Notes: a model not told the origin generated them from the letters alone. A stretch of 64,000 nucleotides of DNA from an uncultured Bacilli bacterium (GCA_958413985.1 CATYVZ010000004.1:9784-73783); one strand, 5' to 3'. Shown: positions 8,405 to 19,953, counted from the stretch's first letter. Program-made: numbers and translations.

Positions 8405-9598
8405 TTATTTAAAATCAATTTCTTGATAAACTAACTTTTTATATACGTTAACACCTGGTTGATTAAAAGGATCAACTTTTAATAAATAGCCACCCGTAGC
8501 AGCCGCAACTTCAAAAAATTGAATAAGCATTCCGATATGATAAGCATCTAACTTATCACAAATAATTATATTACTTTCACAACCAACAGTAAAATGGGCT
8601 TTTGCCACTTTATTTAAAATGATTCGGTTAATATCATTTAAATTGTATTTATAAGGGAAATTTAAACTATTTTTATTATTAAAATCGATAATTGTTTCAA
8701 AAATAATTGGATTACCTTCTTGATAAAATTGACCTAAAGAATGAAGATCTTGTGTATTTAAACTAGAATTAGGTAAAATACCCTTTTTATTTTTCCCTTG
8801 CGTTTCACCGAATAATTGTTTTATCCATTCAGTAAAATATTTTAGCTTTGGTTCATAAATATTAAAGACTTCCACATATTTTTTCTTTTTATATAAAATA
8901 TCTCGTATAATAGCATATTTAAACGCTTCTTCTTTAGGAAAATTTTTAGCTCCTAATAAAAGGTCATCGATATTTATTCCTGCTACTGCGATAGGAAACA
9001 AACCAACACAAGTCAAAACGGAAAAACGGCCACCGATTTGTTCGGGAACTTCAAAGGTGATAAAGTTATTTGTTTCAGCTATTTTTTTTAAGTAGCCGTC
9101 TTTAGAATTAGTAGTTACGATAATTCTTTTTTTCAAATCGTCTTGACTGTATTTTTTTTGCATTTGTTCATAAAGTAAATCGAAAACAAATTTAGTCTCT
9201 AAAGTATTTCCAGATTTAGATACTACATTAATTACAGTATCTTTATTTTCCATATAGGCAACTAGCGAATCTATATATTCTTCAGATAATGAATTGCCAG
9301 CAAAAATTATTTCAGGTTTTTGGAAAGTAAAATAATTAGATAGAGCTTCGATCACAGCTTTAGCTCCCATATAGGATCCACCAATTCCTATCACGATAAA
9401 TAAATCACAGGAATTTCGAATTTCTTGACTAATTTTTTTAATTCTATCAATATCATTCTTTGCGATACACTTGTTGATATCATACCAATCAAGCATATTT
9501 CCCCCTTTGTTTAAAATTGTATCGATCTTATTAATTTTTTTATTATATTTTTTAAAATTTTTCAAAGTTTGATAAGTTTCAAAATCAAAATTAATCAT
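8405..9598 (-). CDS. pgi: Glucose-6-phosphate isomerase (short SIS-type form)
   Basis: GIGGSYMGAKAV, VVSKSGNTLET and GGRFSVLTCVGL motifs. Its start overlaps the stop of the upstream giant gene by 8 nt. Confidence 0.85.
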   Translation of the reverse strand: MINFDFETYQTLKNFKKYNKKINKIDTILNKGGNMLDWYDINKCIAKNDIDRIKKISQEIRNSCDLFIVIGIGGSYMGAKAVIEALSNYFTFQKPEIIFAGNSLSEEYIDSLVAYMENKDTVINVVSKSGNTLETKFVFDLLYEQMQKKYSQDDLKKRIIVTTNSKDGYLKKIAETNNFITFEVPEQIGGRFSVLTCVGLFPIAVAGINIDDLLLGAKNFPKEEAFKYAIIRDILYKKKKYVEVFNIYEPKLKYFTEWIKQLFGETQGKNKKGILPNSSLNTQDLHSLGQFYQEGNPIIFETIIDFNNKNSLNFPYKYNLNDINRIILNKVAKAHFTVGCESNIIICDKLDAYHIGMLIQFFEVAAATGGYLLKVDPFNQPGVNVYKKLVYQEIDFK

Positions 9599-12500
9599 TT
9601 TTACCTCCTATATAGATGATAATATCGTGTTTCTTATTGTCGTTTTTTAATTGGATATATTGATTTTTAATAATCTTGCCATCATAAATTATTTGTTTTT
9701 TATTTCCTTTTTCAACTAAAATATGATATTTAGTATTTTCAAATTTATAATCAATTTCAAACTCTTTCCAATCGTTAGGAACGTGTGGCTCTATAAATAG
9801 TTTATTTCCTTGTTTTTTAAATCCTAATATATCTATTAAAGCAACTCGATAGAACCATCCAGCAGCTCCAGTATACCAACTCCATCCACCTTGTCCTTCG
9901 AAATTTTTATTACTATAAATATCAGCTGCAATAACATATGGCTCCAATTTATATTTTTGAGCTCCTTCCATAGTTTTAGTTCTTTCAATCGGATTAATCA
10001 TTTGATATATTTGATAAGCTAAATCAAATTGGCCAACTTTTATTAATGATTGAATATACCATGCTACTGCATGAGTATATTGACCACCATTTTCTCTGAT
10101 TCCCGCTGGATAATTCATAATATAACCAGGATTATCTTCACTTTTTTCAAACGCAGGATTTAATAAACGAACAATTTTTAAGTTTTTATCGACTAATTGT
10201 TCATCGACAGCATTTAAAATAGAAGTTATCTGCTCTTGTGAAGCAATTTCAGTTAGAATAGCAAAGCTTTGAGAAATTAGATCTATTTTACATTCAAAAT
10301 TATCTTTTGATCCTAATTTGTGACCATTATCGAAAAATGCTCTTAAGTAATATTTACCATCCCAAGCGACATTTTTAATAGCCTCTTTTAATTGGTTTTT
10401 GAATACTTCCCATTCTTTTGTATCTATATTTTTATCATAAGCATGCGTAATAAAGATAAATTTATCGATTATTTGGTATAAGAATAAAGTTAACCAGACA
10501 CTAGTTCCTCGTCCTTTTTCGCCGACTTTATTCATTCCGTCGTTCCAATCGCCACCACCCATTAAGCAAAGACCATTTTTTCCAATTTCTTTTTTTGCCT
10601 TTTCTATGGCTAATAAGCAATGTTCATATAAAGTATCCCTTCTATCAGAATACTTGTAATTAATTCCTTTTTCCATTTCATTAGAATCTAATTCAGGTCC
10701 GATAACAAAAGGAACTAATTCTTTTAAAATAGCATTATCATCGGTAATTTTAATATAATTTTCCACAGCATAAATTAACCATAGATAATCATCTTTATAA
10801 CGTGATCTAAGACCAAATTGATTTTCTTTATGCCACCAATGTAGAACATCTCCTTGTTCAAATTGATGTCTAGCATGCCATAATATTTGATTTTTTGTAA
10901 TTTCTGGATGAATAGTACAAATATTCATCGCATCTTGTAACTGATCACGATAACCGTAAGCGCCTCCAACCTGATAAAAACCAGCTTTAGCAAAAAGACG
11001 TGATGCGATAGTTTGATATGCTAACCACCCATTCAACATGTAATTGAAACTATCGTCTTTAGTTTTAACTTGAATTACTTCTAACATATCTTTCCAATAT
11101 TTGTCGACTTTTTTTTCTTCTGAGTTGATCTTATTAATCGAATTATACTTTTTCAAAAGTTCTAAGACATCGCTATCGCTTGTCCCTAACATGAAAGCTA
11201 CTTCTATTTCTTCCTTCGCTTCAACATAAATAGCAGTTTCTATTTCTTTATATAATAGTCGTTTTGTGTTGAAATCAGTAATTGGTAAAGTACAACTGAT
11301 AAAAGTAGTTAACTGAGAAAAATTAATACTATATTGATTATTTAAAGAAACATAATTATCTTTTTTGTTAAAATCACTTAAGATATAACGACCTGTCTTT
11401 TCTTCAGTTTCACCCAAACAAGGATTTAACCAATATTTTAAAGAGATTCTTTGTTTACGAGCACCATTGTTCTTAATTTTTATTTTATAAAATTTAATTG
11501 GATCATCTAAAGCGATAAACTGTTTTAATTCGACATCTAAATTTTTAAATCGTCCCTTCCAAGAAATATCACCAAATCCGATTTTTGTATAGTTATATTC
11601 TAACTGGACATCGTTGATTTTGATTCCTTCAGAAATATCAGAAATTAAATTGTCATTAGTCCAAGTTGTTAATTTATATTCACGGCTATTTTGTGAATAT
11701 GAAAATCCGGTCTGATTGTTAGAAATGATACTACCAAAATGGCGATTAGCTAAGACATTGCACCAGATAAAAGGTGTATCAGGATTAGTGATTACATATT
11801 TTTTACCATTGTCGATAAATCCTCCAAAGCCGTTATAGTAAGTCATTTTATTTTCATCGTATGTAATTGGCAAACTAATCTGTTTTTGCCATTTTTCTTT
11901 ACGACTAGTAGTATTTAATTTTTGAAGATTGTTAACAAATTCTTCTAAAGAATAGAATTTATTGCTATCGATATATATGCGGGCTACTGTCTTAAATAAA
12001 GTATATTCATCGATATTTATATCGTTAGGATCGATAACATAGATGTTACCAGGAGTTTTATGAAAACTATTTAAAGCATACATTCGATATTTTTCATCGT
12101 GGATCTCTTTATTGATAATCTCTTTTTCTTCATTATTTTTACTGTTTAAAATGATAAGATCGACAAAGACTGATTTACTTTTGTAATATTCAAAGGTGTG
12201 TAATAGTTCTTTAACCAGACTTAAATTATTTAAACTTTCTATTTCTAAAAGAATAATTGGTCGATCGCCCGATATTCCAAACCGCCATAAATTAGTTTGA
12301 TTTAATTTGTTGCTTTTTAAAATATTATTTCGTTCAGCATTGATTTCTATATGGCTAGTTTGATATAAATAGTTCAAAATTGTGTTATAGATACGCATAT
12401 CGTTACCAGTAACATTGACCATTTTATTTGTTACGTTGTTCATAATAGTAGCAACGGCAAAAGCTTTTTCTGCTATTGCTTCTGGTGTAGCGAAAGTTTC

Positions 12501-15500
12501 CACAATATCGATAACTTGTTCTTTTGATTTTCCAAATCCACTAATTAAATATATTGTTTTTTTACTGTTAGCAGGGATAGTAATTTGATTTCGTAAACTG
12601 ACAACTGGATCGACACAGGTTCCAATTTGGTTGGTCAATTTTTTTTCTAAAGCAATAGGATTAGCAGTTGTTCGATTACGTCCAATAAAATTAGCGCGAT
12701 TAGTTTCGTAACTATACTTTTGATTTGGATTTGTGATCAATAAGCGATTTATCATATAATAATGATCATTTTTATCTCTTAATTTTCGATGCATTATAAT
12801 AGCGTCATTTTCTTCATTATATTCACTTTGAACAAATAGATTTTGAAAAGCTTTATGACTGATATCATCATTATTCTCACAAAGAATCGGTTCAGTATAG
12901 GTAGTAACTTCTAAAGTTTTGTTTTTGTTAGTTAAATTTTGAAAAGTTATTTTTCTAATTTCAGCATGATGAGTTTTAGGAACAACGATCTCTGTGGTGG
13001 TGATAATATCGTTATCAGAGCGAACAAATTTCATTCGATCTAAAGCAAAGACAACTTCATATCGTTCAGGTAATTTATTGATTGGGGCATAGGTATTACA
13101 CCATATTTTATTAGTAGTAATATCTTTAATGTATATGTACATTCCATAATCTTGTTCCGTTAATTTTCGATAACGATTCATTTGAATTGTTCGATAACGA
13201 CTAAAGCCATTACCGCGGTCGTTTATTAAAACACTGTATTTGGAATTAGATAAAATTGATATTTCTGGTAGAGTTGCCAATTTGTGAAAGACACGAATAT
13301 CGTTGACAAATTGTTCTTTTTCGTAAGTAAATTTCTGGTATTTTGTCATATTCATATCGATTACAGGCTTTAATTGAACCTTTTCTTTAGCTAAAATTTC
13401 AAAAGCGTGATTATTAGTATCCTGATTAAAAAATCTTTGAATAACATTTTGACATAAAGTGTTAGCGATGCTACCAAGTATCATTCCTTGATGATGTGCG
13501 AAATATGAATAAACAGGTTTATTGATTTCTGTGTCATATGCTTCATAGAAGCCATATTTTCCAAATAATTTTAATTCTTCTAACTTTTTAATGTTATTAA
13601 GGACATCTTTTGGATATTTAGATAACGCTAATATTGAACCATAAGGGGCGATAACTATTTTTGTCGATGGTTCTTCTTGTAATTTTAAATAAGGGGTAGC
13701 AAAAGCTTTATATTTATAATTTTGTGAATCATCTAGTTCGCCATAAGCTGATTCAGAGATACCCCAAGGTAGTTTTGGATTTACTTCTTTCATAAATTCT
13801 TTTTGGGCATAAATAGCAAAGTCGTAACTTTCATCTATAAGTGTATTTTCATAGCTAGGAATAAATAGTAACGGCATGAAATATTCAAAAGAAGTACCTG
13901 ACCAAGAAACAAGACCTTTTCTATTTTTATATGTAGTTAGGGTTTTATCTAAATTAAACCAATGTTTACTAGGTACATCACCTTTGGCGATTGCAAGGAA
14001 ACTGGTTATTCTACTTTCACTAGCAAACATGTTATACCTACATGAATCTAATATTCCTTCGTCGACATTGTAGCCAATACTAAATACATCTTGACTATAA
14101 AGATAAGAAAAATCAGTTTGATCGATTAAATCGATAATTCTTTTGGCTAATTGTTCTTCTTGTTGAGTTTTAAGAAATTCTTTAGTAGTTATTAATGCGG
14201 CAACAAAATTACCGCTATCGACAGTAGAGATAAAATGTGGATAAAGAATTTCTAATGTATCAATTCGATACCAATTATAAAGATGACCGTTCCATTTCTT
14301 TAGTTTTTCGATCGTTGTAATTATTTTTTCAATATAGTCTAACATTTTATTTTTATCGATAAAATTTAATTCATAAGCCGATATAATAGAAGTTAAAGAT
14401 AATCCAATATTCGTTGGTGAAGTTTTCCAATCAGCTTTATGTTCCCTATTTAATTGATAATTATCGGGTATTAAATAATTGTTTTTTTCAGTTAAATTGT
14501 CTTCAAAAAACTTCCAAGTAGCATTAGCTATACGTTTTAAGTGTTCTTGTTCTTGTAGTTTTATTTTTTCTTCAGGTGGTTTGATATTCTTACTTATCGC
14601 ATAAGCAAAGAATGGTCCAAGAAGAAAGAAGATAGAAATAATAGTGTTTTCGATTGGATGATTGCCACTTAAAATTGATATAGCTACAATAGCAAAAGAG
14701 ATTAAATAATTAAACCAAAAACTTTTAAGATGGTTTGTCAAAGTCATTTTTACTTGTTTACTAGCATCTTCAGCGGTCATCCATTGTAAAAGATGTTTCT
14801 TACTAAAGACCATTCTATAAATTGATTTAGTAAGCGATTTTATATATAGATAAGCATTATAAGGAATAGCTGTAAAGACAGAGATAGTTCTTAAGATAAA
14901 CGATTTAAATCCAAAAGCAGCAGTAGTATAGTACTTTAAAGTTATATTGTTTTGAGTTACAAATAATTGAATAAGATAAGAGATAACTGGTAGAATTACA
15001 ATACCTAAAACAAATACTAACCACCAATAAGGATGACTAATACAGCAAATCGCTAGCAATAAGATAATCATTAATAAAGAAAAGTCTAACAATTCCCTTC
15101 TAATGTTATCGATAATTTTCCATCTACCTAAAAGATTGATTGGATTTTTAATTTTTTCGTTGTTTTCGTTTTTTACTTTATTAGTGATCCAATCGATGAT
15201 TTGAATATCGCCCCTAGTCCAACGAGATCTTCTAGTTGCGTCAACTAAAAATTCACTTGGGAAATCATCGATTAATTCAATATCAGTACATACCCCACAA
15301 CGTAGATAATTTCCTTCGATCAAATCGTGACTTAAAATGAGTTCATTTGGAAATTTTCCTTTTAAAACTTGTTGATAAACCTTTAAATCATAAATTCCTT
15401 TTCCAATAAAACTTCCTTCTTTAAAAACATCTTGGTAAAAATTAGGTTCTAATCCAGTATATGGGTCTAGTCCCCCCATTCCTGTATAAATTTGGGAAAA

Positions 15501-17243
15501 CAAAGATTTATTGGTCGATTCAATATCATAGTTTATTTTAGGTTGTAAAATACCATAACCTTTGATTACTTTTGTTTTATCACTATTTAAAACGGGAGTA
15601 TTTAAAGGATGAGCCATAGTTCCGACTAATTTCAAAGCACTATTTAAAACTAATTGTGTATCTACATCTAAAGTTATCACATATTTAATTTCATGTTTAA
15701 AATTTTGAAAGGTATGGATTTGAAACCAATTTGCTTGCATTTCTTCATCTAAATTTCCTAAAATTAGATCATTAAAATGAAGTAAGGCTCCTCTTTTTCG
15801 TTCAAATCCTAAAAAACAATTTTCGCTTTTGCTATATTTTCTTGTCCGATAGGCAAAGAAAAATATTTCTTTTCCATATTTTTTATTTAATTCTTTTACT
15901 TTATTAGTACCTGCATTTTTAATTTCTTCATCTTTTTCATAAAATTCTTGTTGGCATTCACAAGCATCACCTAAAAGTGTAAAGTAGAGATTTGGCGATT
16001 TATTTGATAAATAGTATGCTTCTAATTTACTAAAAACGGCCTCTACTTTTGTACTATCCTTTAAAATCGTTGGAATTACGACCATTGTTTTATATTTAGT
16101 TGGAATACCTTTTTCAAAATCTAATTTTGGAAGGGGTTTGCAAGGATAGATTTTAAGATATATTTTATTTAGGATTGTTATTACTATTTCACTAATTGGG
16201 ATTAATAAAATTATGAATCCTAACCATCTAACTGAAATAAAATATTTAGATAAGAAAATAGAAATTAAAACAGTTAGGCTAATGATAATGGCAAGATAAA
16301 TAATCACTTTTAATGTTTGATTTTTGTACGGAAAAAGAAAAGCACCGATATTTTCATCTTGAGCAATTAAAGTATTAGCAACATCGATAATATTTTCGTC
16401 TTCTTTTTTAGATAATTTAATTAATTGTTTTCGATAGAGATTTTTGGTTTCTAAAGTCATGTTAGAATAGCATGGATCTTTACTTAAAATCTTTTCCACA
16501 GGACATAATTTTTCGTATAGATTTTCAATTTTCAATTGATTAGTTTGTTGAATACTATAAAAAACATTGGAAACTAATATATTAGTTTTTGTCGTCTGTA
16601 AATGATCATCGTTGATAATTTTTCTTAAAGAAAGGTTATTTTTTTCCAATAATTGATTTAATTGTTTAAAAATAATGTTAGTATCATTGCCAAGGTCTTT
16701 TAATTTTTCGTTTAAATAAACAATTTTATGATTGTTTTTATAGAAATCATCGTTGATGTAATTCGTTAGAAAAACTTTTTCATTTTTCGAAAAAGCCACT
16801 TGCATTTTTTTAATAAATTGATCGATTTCTTGTTTTTCTTTTAATTTTTCATTTTCTTTTACACATATATCACTAATCTTTTTAATTAGTATAATTAAAA
16901 GAGCAACAGGTATAATTTTTATTTCTTGATAGATTAAATTAATGTTGTTTTGTCTACAATAGTTTTTGATATCATTAATCAAGATATTTTCATCTATTTT
17001 GTAATTGCGATCTTCTAGAATTGTCGTCAACATTTGTGCAATATCACAGTTTTTAGTTAAATATTTATTTCGTTTGGAATCTTTTAAAAACTGTTTTAAA
17101 CCAGTTTTACTTTTAATTAATAAATAATAGTTATCGACAATCCATTCGTTAGTAATACCAACGAAGTAATGTTGTTTAGTGATTTTTACTAGTTGTTTAT
17201 AATGTTTAGATATATTTTTAAAATCATTTTTTATTGTTATCAT
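9591..17243 (-). CDS. Cyclic beta-1,2-glucan synthase-like multidomain protein (GT84-like transferase, TM segments, central glucan-binding/cyclisation region, C-terminal GH94 phosphorylase-like domain)
   Basis: 2550-aa uninterrupted ORF. ITLDVDTQL (DxD) and RRSRWTRGDIQ in the transferase part. Several TM helices around aa 310-370 and 720-900. GH94 signatures YGYRDQLQD and GGGDWNDGMN in the C-terminal third. SD AGGAGTGGTGA before the ATG. Confidence 0.8.
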   Translation of the reverse strand: MITIKNDFKNISKHYKQLVKITKQHYFVGITNEWIVDNYYLLIKSKTGLKQFLKDSKRNKYLTKNCDIAQMLTTILEDRNYKIDENILINDIKNYCRQNNINLIYQEIKIIPVALLIILIKKISDICVKENEKLKEKQEIDQFIKKMQVAFSKNEKVFLTNYINDDFYKNNHKIVYLNEKLKDLGNDTNIIFKQLNQLLEKNNLSLRKIINDDHLQTTKTNILVSNVFYSIQQTNQLKIENLYEKLCPVEKILSKDPCYSNMTLETKNLYRKQLIKLSKKEDENIIDVANTLIAQDENIGAFLFPYKNQTLKVIIYLAIIISLTVLISIFLSKYFISVRWLGFIILLIPISEIVITILNKIYLKIYPCKPLPKLDFEKGIPTKYKTMVVIPTILKDSTKVEAVFSKLEAYYLSNKSPNLYFTLLGDACECQQEFYEKDEEIKNAGTNKVKELNKKYGKEIFFFAYRTRKYSKSENCFLGFERKRGALLHFNDLILGNLDEEMQANWFQIHTFQNFKHEIKYVITLDVDTQLVLNSALKLVGTMAHPLNTPVLNSDKTKVIKGYGILQPKINYDIESTNKSLFSQIYTGMGGLDPYTGLEPNFYQDVFKEGSFIGKGIYDLKVYQQVLKGKFPNELILSHDLIEGNYLRCGVCTDIELIDDFPSEFLVDATRRSRWTRGDIQIIDWITNKVKNENNEKIKNPINLLGRWKIIDNIRRELLDFSLLMIILLLAICCISHPYWWLVFVLGIVILPVISYLIQLFVTQNNITLKYYTTAAFGFKSFILRTISVFTAIPYNAYLYIKSLTKSIYRMVFSKKHLLQWMTAEDASKQVKMTLTNHLKSFWFNYLISFAIVAISILSGNHPIENTIISIFFLLGPFFAYAISKNIKPPEEKIKLQEQEHLKRIANATWKFFEDNLTEKNNYLIPDNYQLNREHKADWKTSPTNIGLSLTSIISAYELNFIDKNKMLDYIEKIITTIEKLKKWNGHLYNWYRIDTLEILYPHFISTVDSGNFVAALITTKEFLKTQQEEQLAKRIIDLIDQTDFSYLYSQDVFSIGYNVDEGILDSCRYNMFASESRITSFLAIAKGDVPSKHWFNLDKTLTTYKNRKGLVSWSGTSFEYFMPLLFIPSYENTLIDESYDFAIYAQKEFMKEVNPKLPWGISESAYGELDDSQNYKYKAFATPYLKLQEEPSTKIVIAPYGSILALSKYPKDVLNNIKKLEELKLFGKYGFYEAYDTEINKPVYSYFAHHQGMILGSIANTLCQNVIQRFFNQDTNNHAFEILAKEKVQLKPVIDMNMTKYQKFTYEKEQFVNDIRVFHKLATLPEISILSNSKYSVLINDRGNGFSRYRTIQMNRYRKLTEQDYGMYIYIKDITTNKIWCNTYAPINKLPERYEVVFALDRMKFVRSDNDIITTTEIVVPKTHHAEIRKITFQNLTNKNKTLEVTTYTEPILCENNDDISHKAFQNLFVQSEYNEENDAIIMHRKLRDKNDHYYMINRLLITNPNQKYSYETNRANFIGRNRTTANPIALEKKLTNQIGTCVDPVVSLRNQITIPANSKKTIYLISGFGKSKEQVIDIVETFATPEAIAEKAFAVATIMNNVTNKMVNVTGNDMRIYNTILNYLYQTSHIEINAERNNILKSNKLNQTNLWRFGISGDRPIILLEIESLNNLSLVKELLHTFEYYKSKSVFVDLIILNSKNNEEKEIINKEIHDEKYRMYALNSFHKTPGNIYVIDPNDINIDEYTLFKTVARIYIDSNKFYSLEEFVNNLQKLNTTSRKEKWQKQISLPITYDENKMTYYNGFGGFIDNGKKYVITNPDTPFIWCNVLANRHFGSIISNNQTGFSYSQNSREYKLTTWTNDNLISDISEGIKINDVQLEYNYTKIGFGDISWKGRFKNLDVELKQFIALDDPIKFYKIKIKNNGARKQRISLKYWLNPCLGETEEKTGRYILSDFNKKDNYVSLNNQYSINFSQLTTFISCTLPITDFNTKRLLYKEIETAIYVEAKEEIEVAFMLGTSDSDVLELLKKYNSINKINSEEKKVDKYWKDMLEVIQVKTKDDSFNYMLNGWLAYQTIASRLFAKAGFYQVGGAYGYRDQLQDAMNICTIHPEITKNQILWHARHQFEQGDVLHWWHKENQFGLRSRYKDDYLWLIYAVENYIKITDDNAILKELVPFVIGPELDSNEMEKGINYKYSDRRDTLYEHCLLAIEKAKKEIGKNGLCLMGGGDWNDGMNKVGEKGRGTSVWLTLFLYQIIDKFIFITHAYDKNIDTKEWEVFKNQLKEAIKNVAWDGKYYLRAFFDNGHKLGSKDNFECKIDLISQSFAILTEIASQEQITSILNAVDEQLVDKNLKIVRLLNPAFEKSEDNPGYIMNYPAGIRENGGQYTHAVAWYIQSLIKVGQFDLAYQIYQMINPIERTKTMEGAQKYKLEPYVIAADIYSNKNFEGQGGWSWYTGAAGWFYRVALIDILGFKKQGNKLFIEPHVPNDWKEFEIDYKFENTKYHILVEKGNKKQIIYDGKIIKNQYIQLKNDNKKHDIIIYIGGKND

Positions 17244-17329
17244 ATCACCACTCCTATATTTAAATATATAAATAATATATCATTTTTTGGCCTTTATGTA
17301 AATAAAAGCCCAAATTATTCGATAGATAT

Positions 17330-17845
17330 TTAACTGCTAATTTCATTATCTATTAGGGTTTTTATGGCTTTATAGTTATCATATAATATTTGCTCGATTC
17401 CCTTTTTACAATTAGCTGGTGAAGTAGAAGGCAACTTCACATCTTCGATATTAGTATCTTTAAATAGATATTTTTGATATAATTGGTGTGCTTTATTACC
17501 CACAGTAAAAACATATTTTATATTACTTTCATCGATTATTGTTTTAATATCGTTGGGGATAATATTTTTAATTGTACTATCACTTGATCCTTTAATGTCA
17601 CATTCTTTTATCACGTCAAATAAAGCAATATGATGTTTTAATAAAAATTTTGTTTTTTCTTCGCTATTATTTTCGATTTTTTCATTAAAAACTTTTGCTA
17701 AAACATCCCAAAATCTATTTTTAGGATGACTATAATAAAATTGTTTTTCCCGTGATTTAACTGAAGGAAAACTTCCTAATATTAAGACGATACTGTTTTG
17801 ATCATAGATAGGATCTAAAGGATGTGCTACATGCATTTTAATCAC
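17330..17845 (-). CDS. Uracil-DNA glycosylase superfamily protein, hypoxanthine-DNA glycosylase (family 6)-like
   Basis: LILGSFPSVKS, HPKNRFW and LPSTSPAN motifs. Confidence 0.7.
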   Translation of the reverse strand: MIKMHVAHPLDPIYDQNSIVLILGSFPSVKSREKQFYYSHPKNRFWDVLAKVFNEKIENNSEEKTKFLLKHHIALFDVIKECDIKGSSDSTIKNIIPNDIKTIIDESNIKYVFTVGNKAHQLYQKYLFKDTNIEDVKLPSTSPANCKKGIEQILYDNYKAIKTLIDNEISS

Positions 17846-18003
17846 CTATTTAATTATACCATATTTAAAAATTATAGATATTGTCTTTTCGTTGATTTTA
17901 TTGTATTATTATGGTGTAAATTTCCCATTATTTAAATGATTTTTAAAATAATTATAATTAAAATATAAAAATTAGATGAATTCTTAGAAAAGAGGTCTTA
18001 ATT

Positions 18004-19953
18004 ATGTTTGAATTAGTGTCAAAATATATGCCAAGTGGCGATCAACCACAAGCGATAAAAAAACTAGTTGAGGGAATAAAAAACAATGAAAAATATCAAG
18101 TATTATTAGGTGCAACAGGAACAGGAAAAACTTTTACAATCGCCAATGTTATTAAAGAGGTTAATAAACCTACTTTAGTGTTGGCTCATAATAAAACTTT
18201 AGCAGGACAGTTATATGCTGAGTTAAAAGAATTGTTTCCTAATAATGCTGTTGAATATTTTGTTTCCTATTATGATTATTATCAACCAGAAGCATATGTA
18301 GCTAAAACCGATACTTACATTGAAAAAGATGCAGCTATTAATGATGAGATCGATGAATTAAGACATGCGGCCACCGCATCGTTACTAAATCGTCGTGATG
18401 TAATAATTGTTGCTTCAGTATCTTGTATATATGGTATTGGGGAAAAAGAAGAATATCGTAATAAAATGTTAACTTTAAGTACAGGTATGAATATCGATAG
18501 GAATAAAATATTACAAAAATTAGTCGAAATGTTATACGAAAGAAATAATTTAGATTTAAAAAGAGGAAGTTTTAGAGTAAGAGGCGATATATTAGAAATC
18601 GTTCCTATTTCGCAACATAACCATGCTATTAGAATCGATTTTTTTGGTGATGAAATCGATAAAATCTGTGAAATTGATACGTTGACTGGTAAAGTTATCA
18701 ACAGTAAAAAAAATGTGACAATATTTCCGGCTAGCCATTTCGTCACCAGTGAAGAAAAATTAAAAATAGCAATTAAAAACATCAGAATAGAATTAGAAGA
18801 ACAACTAGAAAAATTTAAAAGTGAAAATAAATTATTAGAATATCAAAGATTACAAGAACGGACTAATTATGATTTAGAAATGTTAGAAGAAACAGGATTT
18901 TGTCGTGGTGTTGAAAATTATTCAAGGCAAATTGCTTTAAAACAAAAAGGAGCCACTCCAACTACCCTAATCGATTTTTTTCCAGAAGATTTTTTAATGA
19001 TTATCGATGAATCTCATGTTACTTTACCGCAAGTAAGAGGAATGTATAATGGCGATCGTGCTAGAAAAGAAGTCTTAGTCAATTATGGCTTTAGATTACC
19101 TAGCGCATTAGATAATCGTCCTTTAAAATTTGCTGAATTTGAAAATAAAATCAATCAAGTAATTTGTGTCTCTGCTACACCAGGTGATTATGAATTAGAC
19201 AAAACAAACCATCATTATGTTGAACAAATTATTAGACCAACTGGTCTTTTAGATCCGATGGTTACTGTTAAGGCAGCCAAAGGACAAATCGATGATTTAA
19301 TCGAAGAAATAAATAGACAAATAAGCAACAATGAGCGAACACTAGTAACGACGTTAACCATCAGAATGGCAGAAGAATTAACTAATTATTTAAAGAAAAT
19401 TGATATAAAAGTAGCTTATCTGCACACCGAGGTTAAAACATTAGAAAGATTACAAATCATCCACGATTTAAGAAAAGGCAAATTTGATGTTTTAGTTGGT
19501 ATAAATTTATTAAGAGAAGGTTTAGATATTCCAGAAGTAAGTTTAGTAGCTATATTGGATGCTGATAAACAAGGATTTTTAAGAAGTGAACGAAGCTTAA
19601 TACAGACCATTGGTCGAGCTGCTCGAAATGCTAATGGGAAAGTTATAATGTATGCTGATACAGTTAGCGAATCTATGGCCAAAGCGATCAAAGAGACAAA
19701 CCGAAGACGAGAAATTCAAGAAAAATATAACTTAGAACATGGAATAGTACCTAAGACTATTACGAAAGAAATTAAAGAAGTTGTAACAAACAACAGGAGA
19801 ATCGAAAATTCAACTACTAAATTGCCAAAGAAAGATAGACAAAAATTATTGATCGAAATTGAAAAAGAAATGAAGGAAGCAGCTAAAAACCTTGATTTTG
19901 AAAGAGCTATGGAATTAAGAGATATATTATTTGAATACAAAAGTGAAAAGTAA
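18004..19953 (+). CDS. uvrB: Excinuclease ABC subunit B
   Basis: [18 protein letters not shown] beta-hairpin region, helicase motifs, and the C-terminal UVR motif FERAMELRD. Confidence 0.97.
   Translation: MFELVSKYMPSGDQPQAIKKLVEGIKNNEKYQVLLGATGTGKTFTIANVIKEVNKPTLVLAHNKTLAGQLYAELKELFPNNAVEYFVSYYDYYQPEAYVAKTDTYIEKDAAINDEIDELRHAATASLLNRRDVIIVASVSCIYGIGEKEEYRNKMLTLSTGMNIDRNKILQKLVEMLYERNNLDLKRGSFRVRGDILEIVPISQHNHAIRIDFFGDEIDKICEIDTLTGKVINSKKNVTIFPASHFVTSEEKLKIAIKNIRIELEEQLEKFKSENKLLEYQRLQERTNYDLEMLEETGFCRGVENYSRQIALKQKGATPTTLIDFFPEDFLMIIDESHVTLPQVRGMYNGDRARKEVLVNYGFRLPSALDNRPLKFAEFENKINQVICVSATPGDYELDKTNHHYVEQIIRPTGLLDPMVTVKAAKGQIDDLIEEINRQISNNERTLVTTLTIRMAEELTNYLKKIDIKVAYLHTEVKTLERLQIIHDLRKGKFDVLVGINLLREGLDIPEVSLVAILDADKQGFLRSERSLIQTIGRAARNANGKVIMYADTVSESMAKAIKETNRRREIQEKYNLEHGIVPKTITKEIKEVVTNNRRIENSTTKLPKKDRQKLLIEIEKEMKEAAKNLDFERAMELRDILFEYKSEK

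Noticed and set aside
17275-17310. Hairpin GGCCTTTAT-gtaa-ATAAAAGCC between the glycosylase gene and the giant gene
   Set aside because: The stem is imperfect and the U tract is on the wrong side for a minus-strand terminator, so I did not call it.
17846-18003. Expected SOS (Cheo/LexA) box upstream of uvrB
   Set aside because: I saw no GAAC-N4-GTTC type palindrome in the intergenic region, so I cannot claim LexA control.
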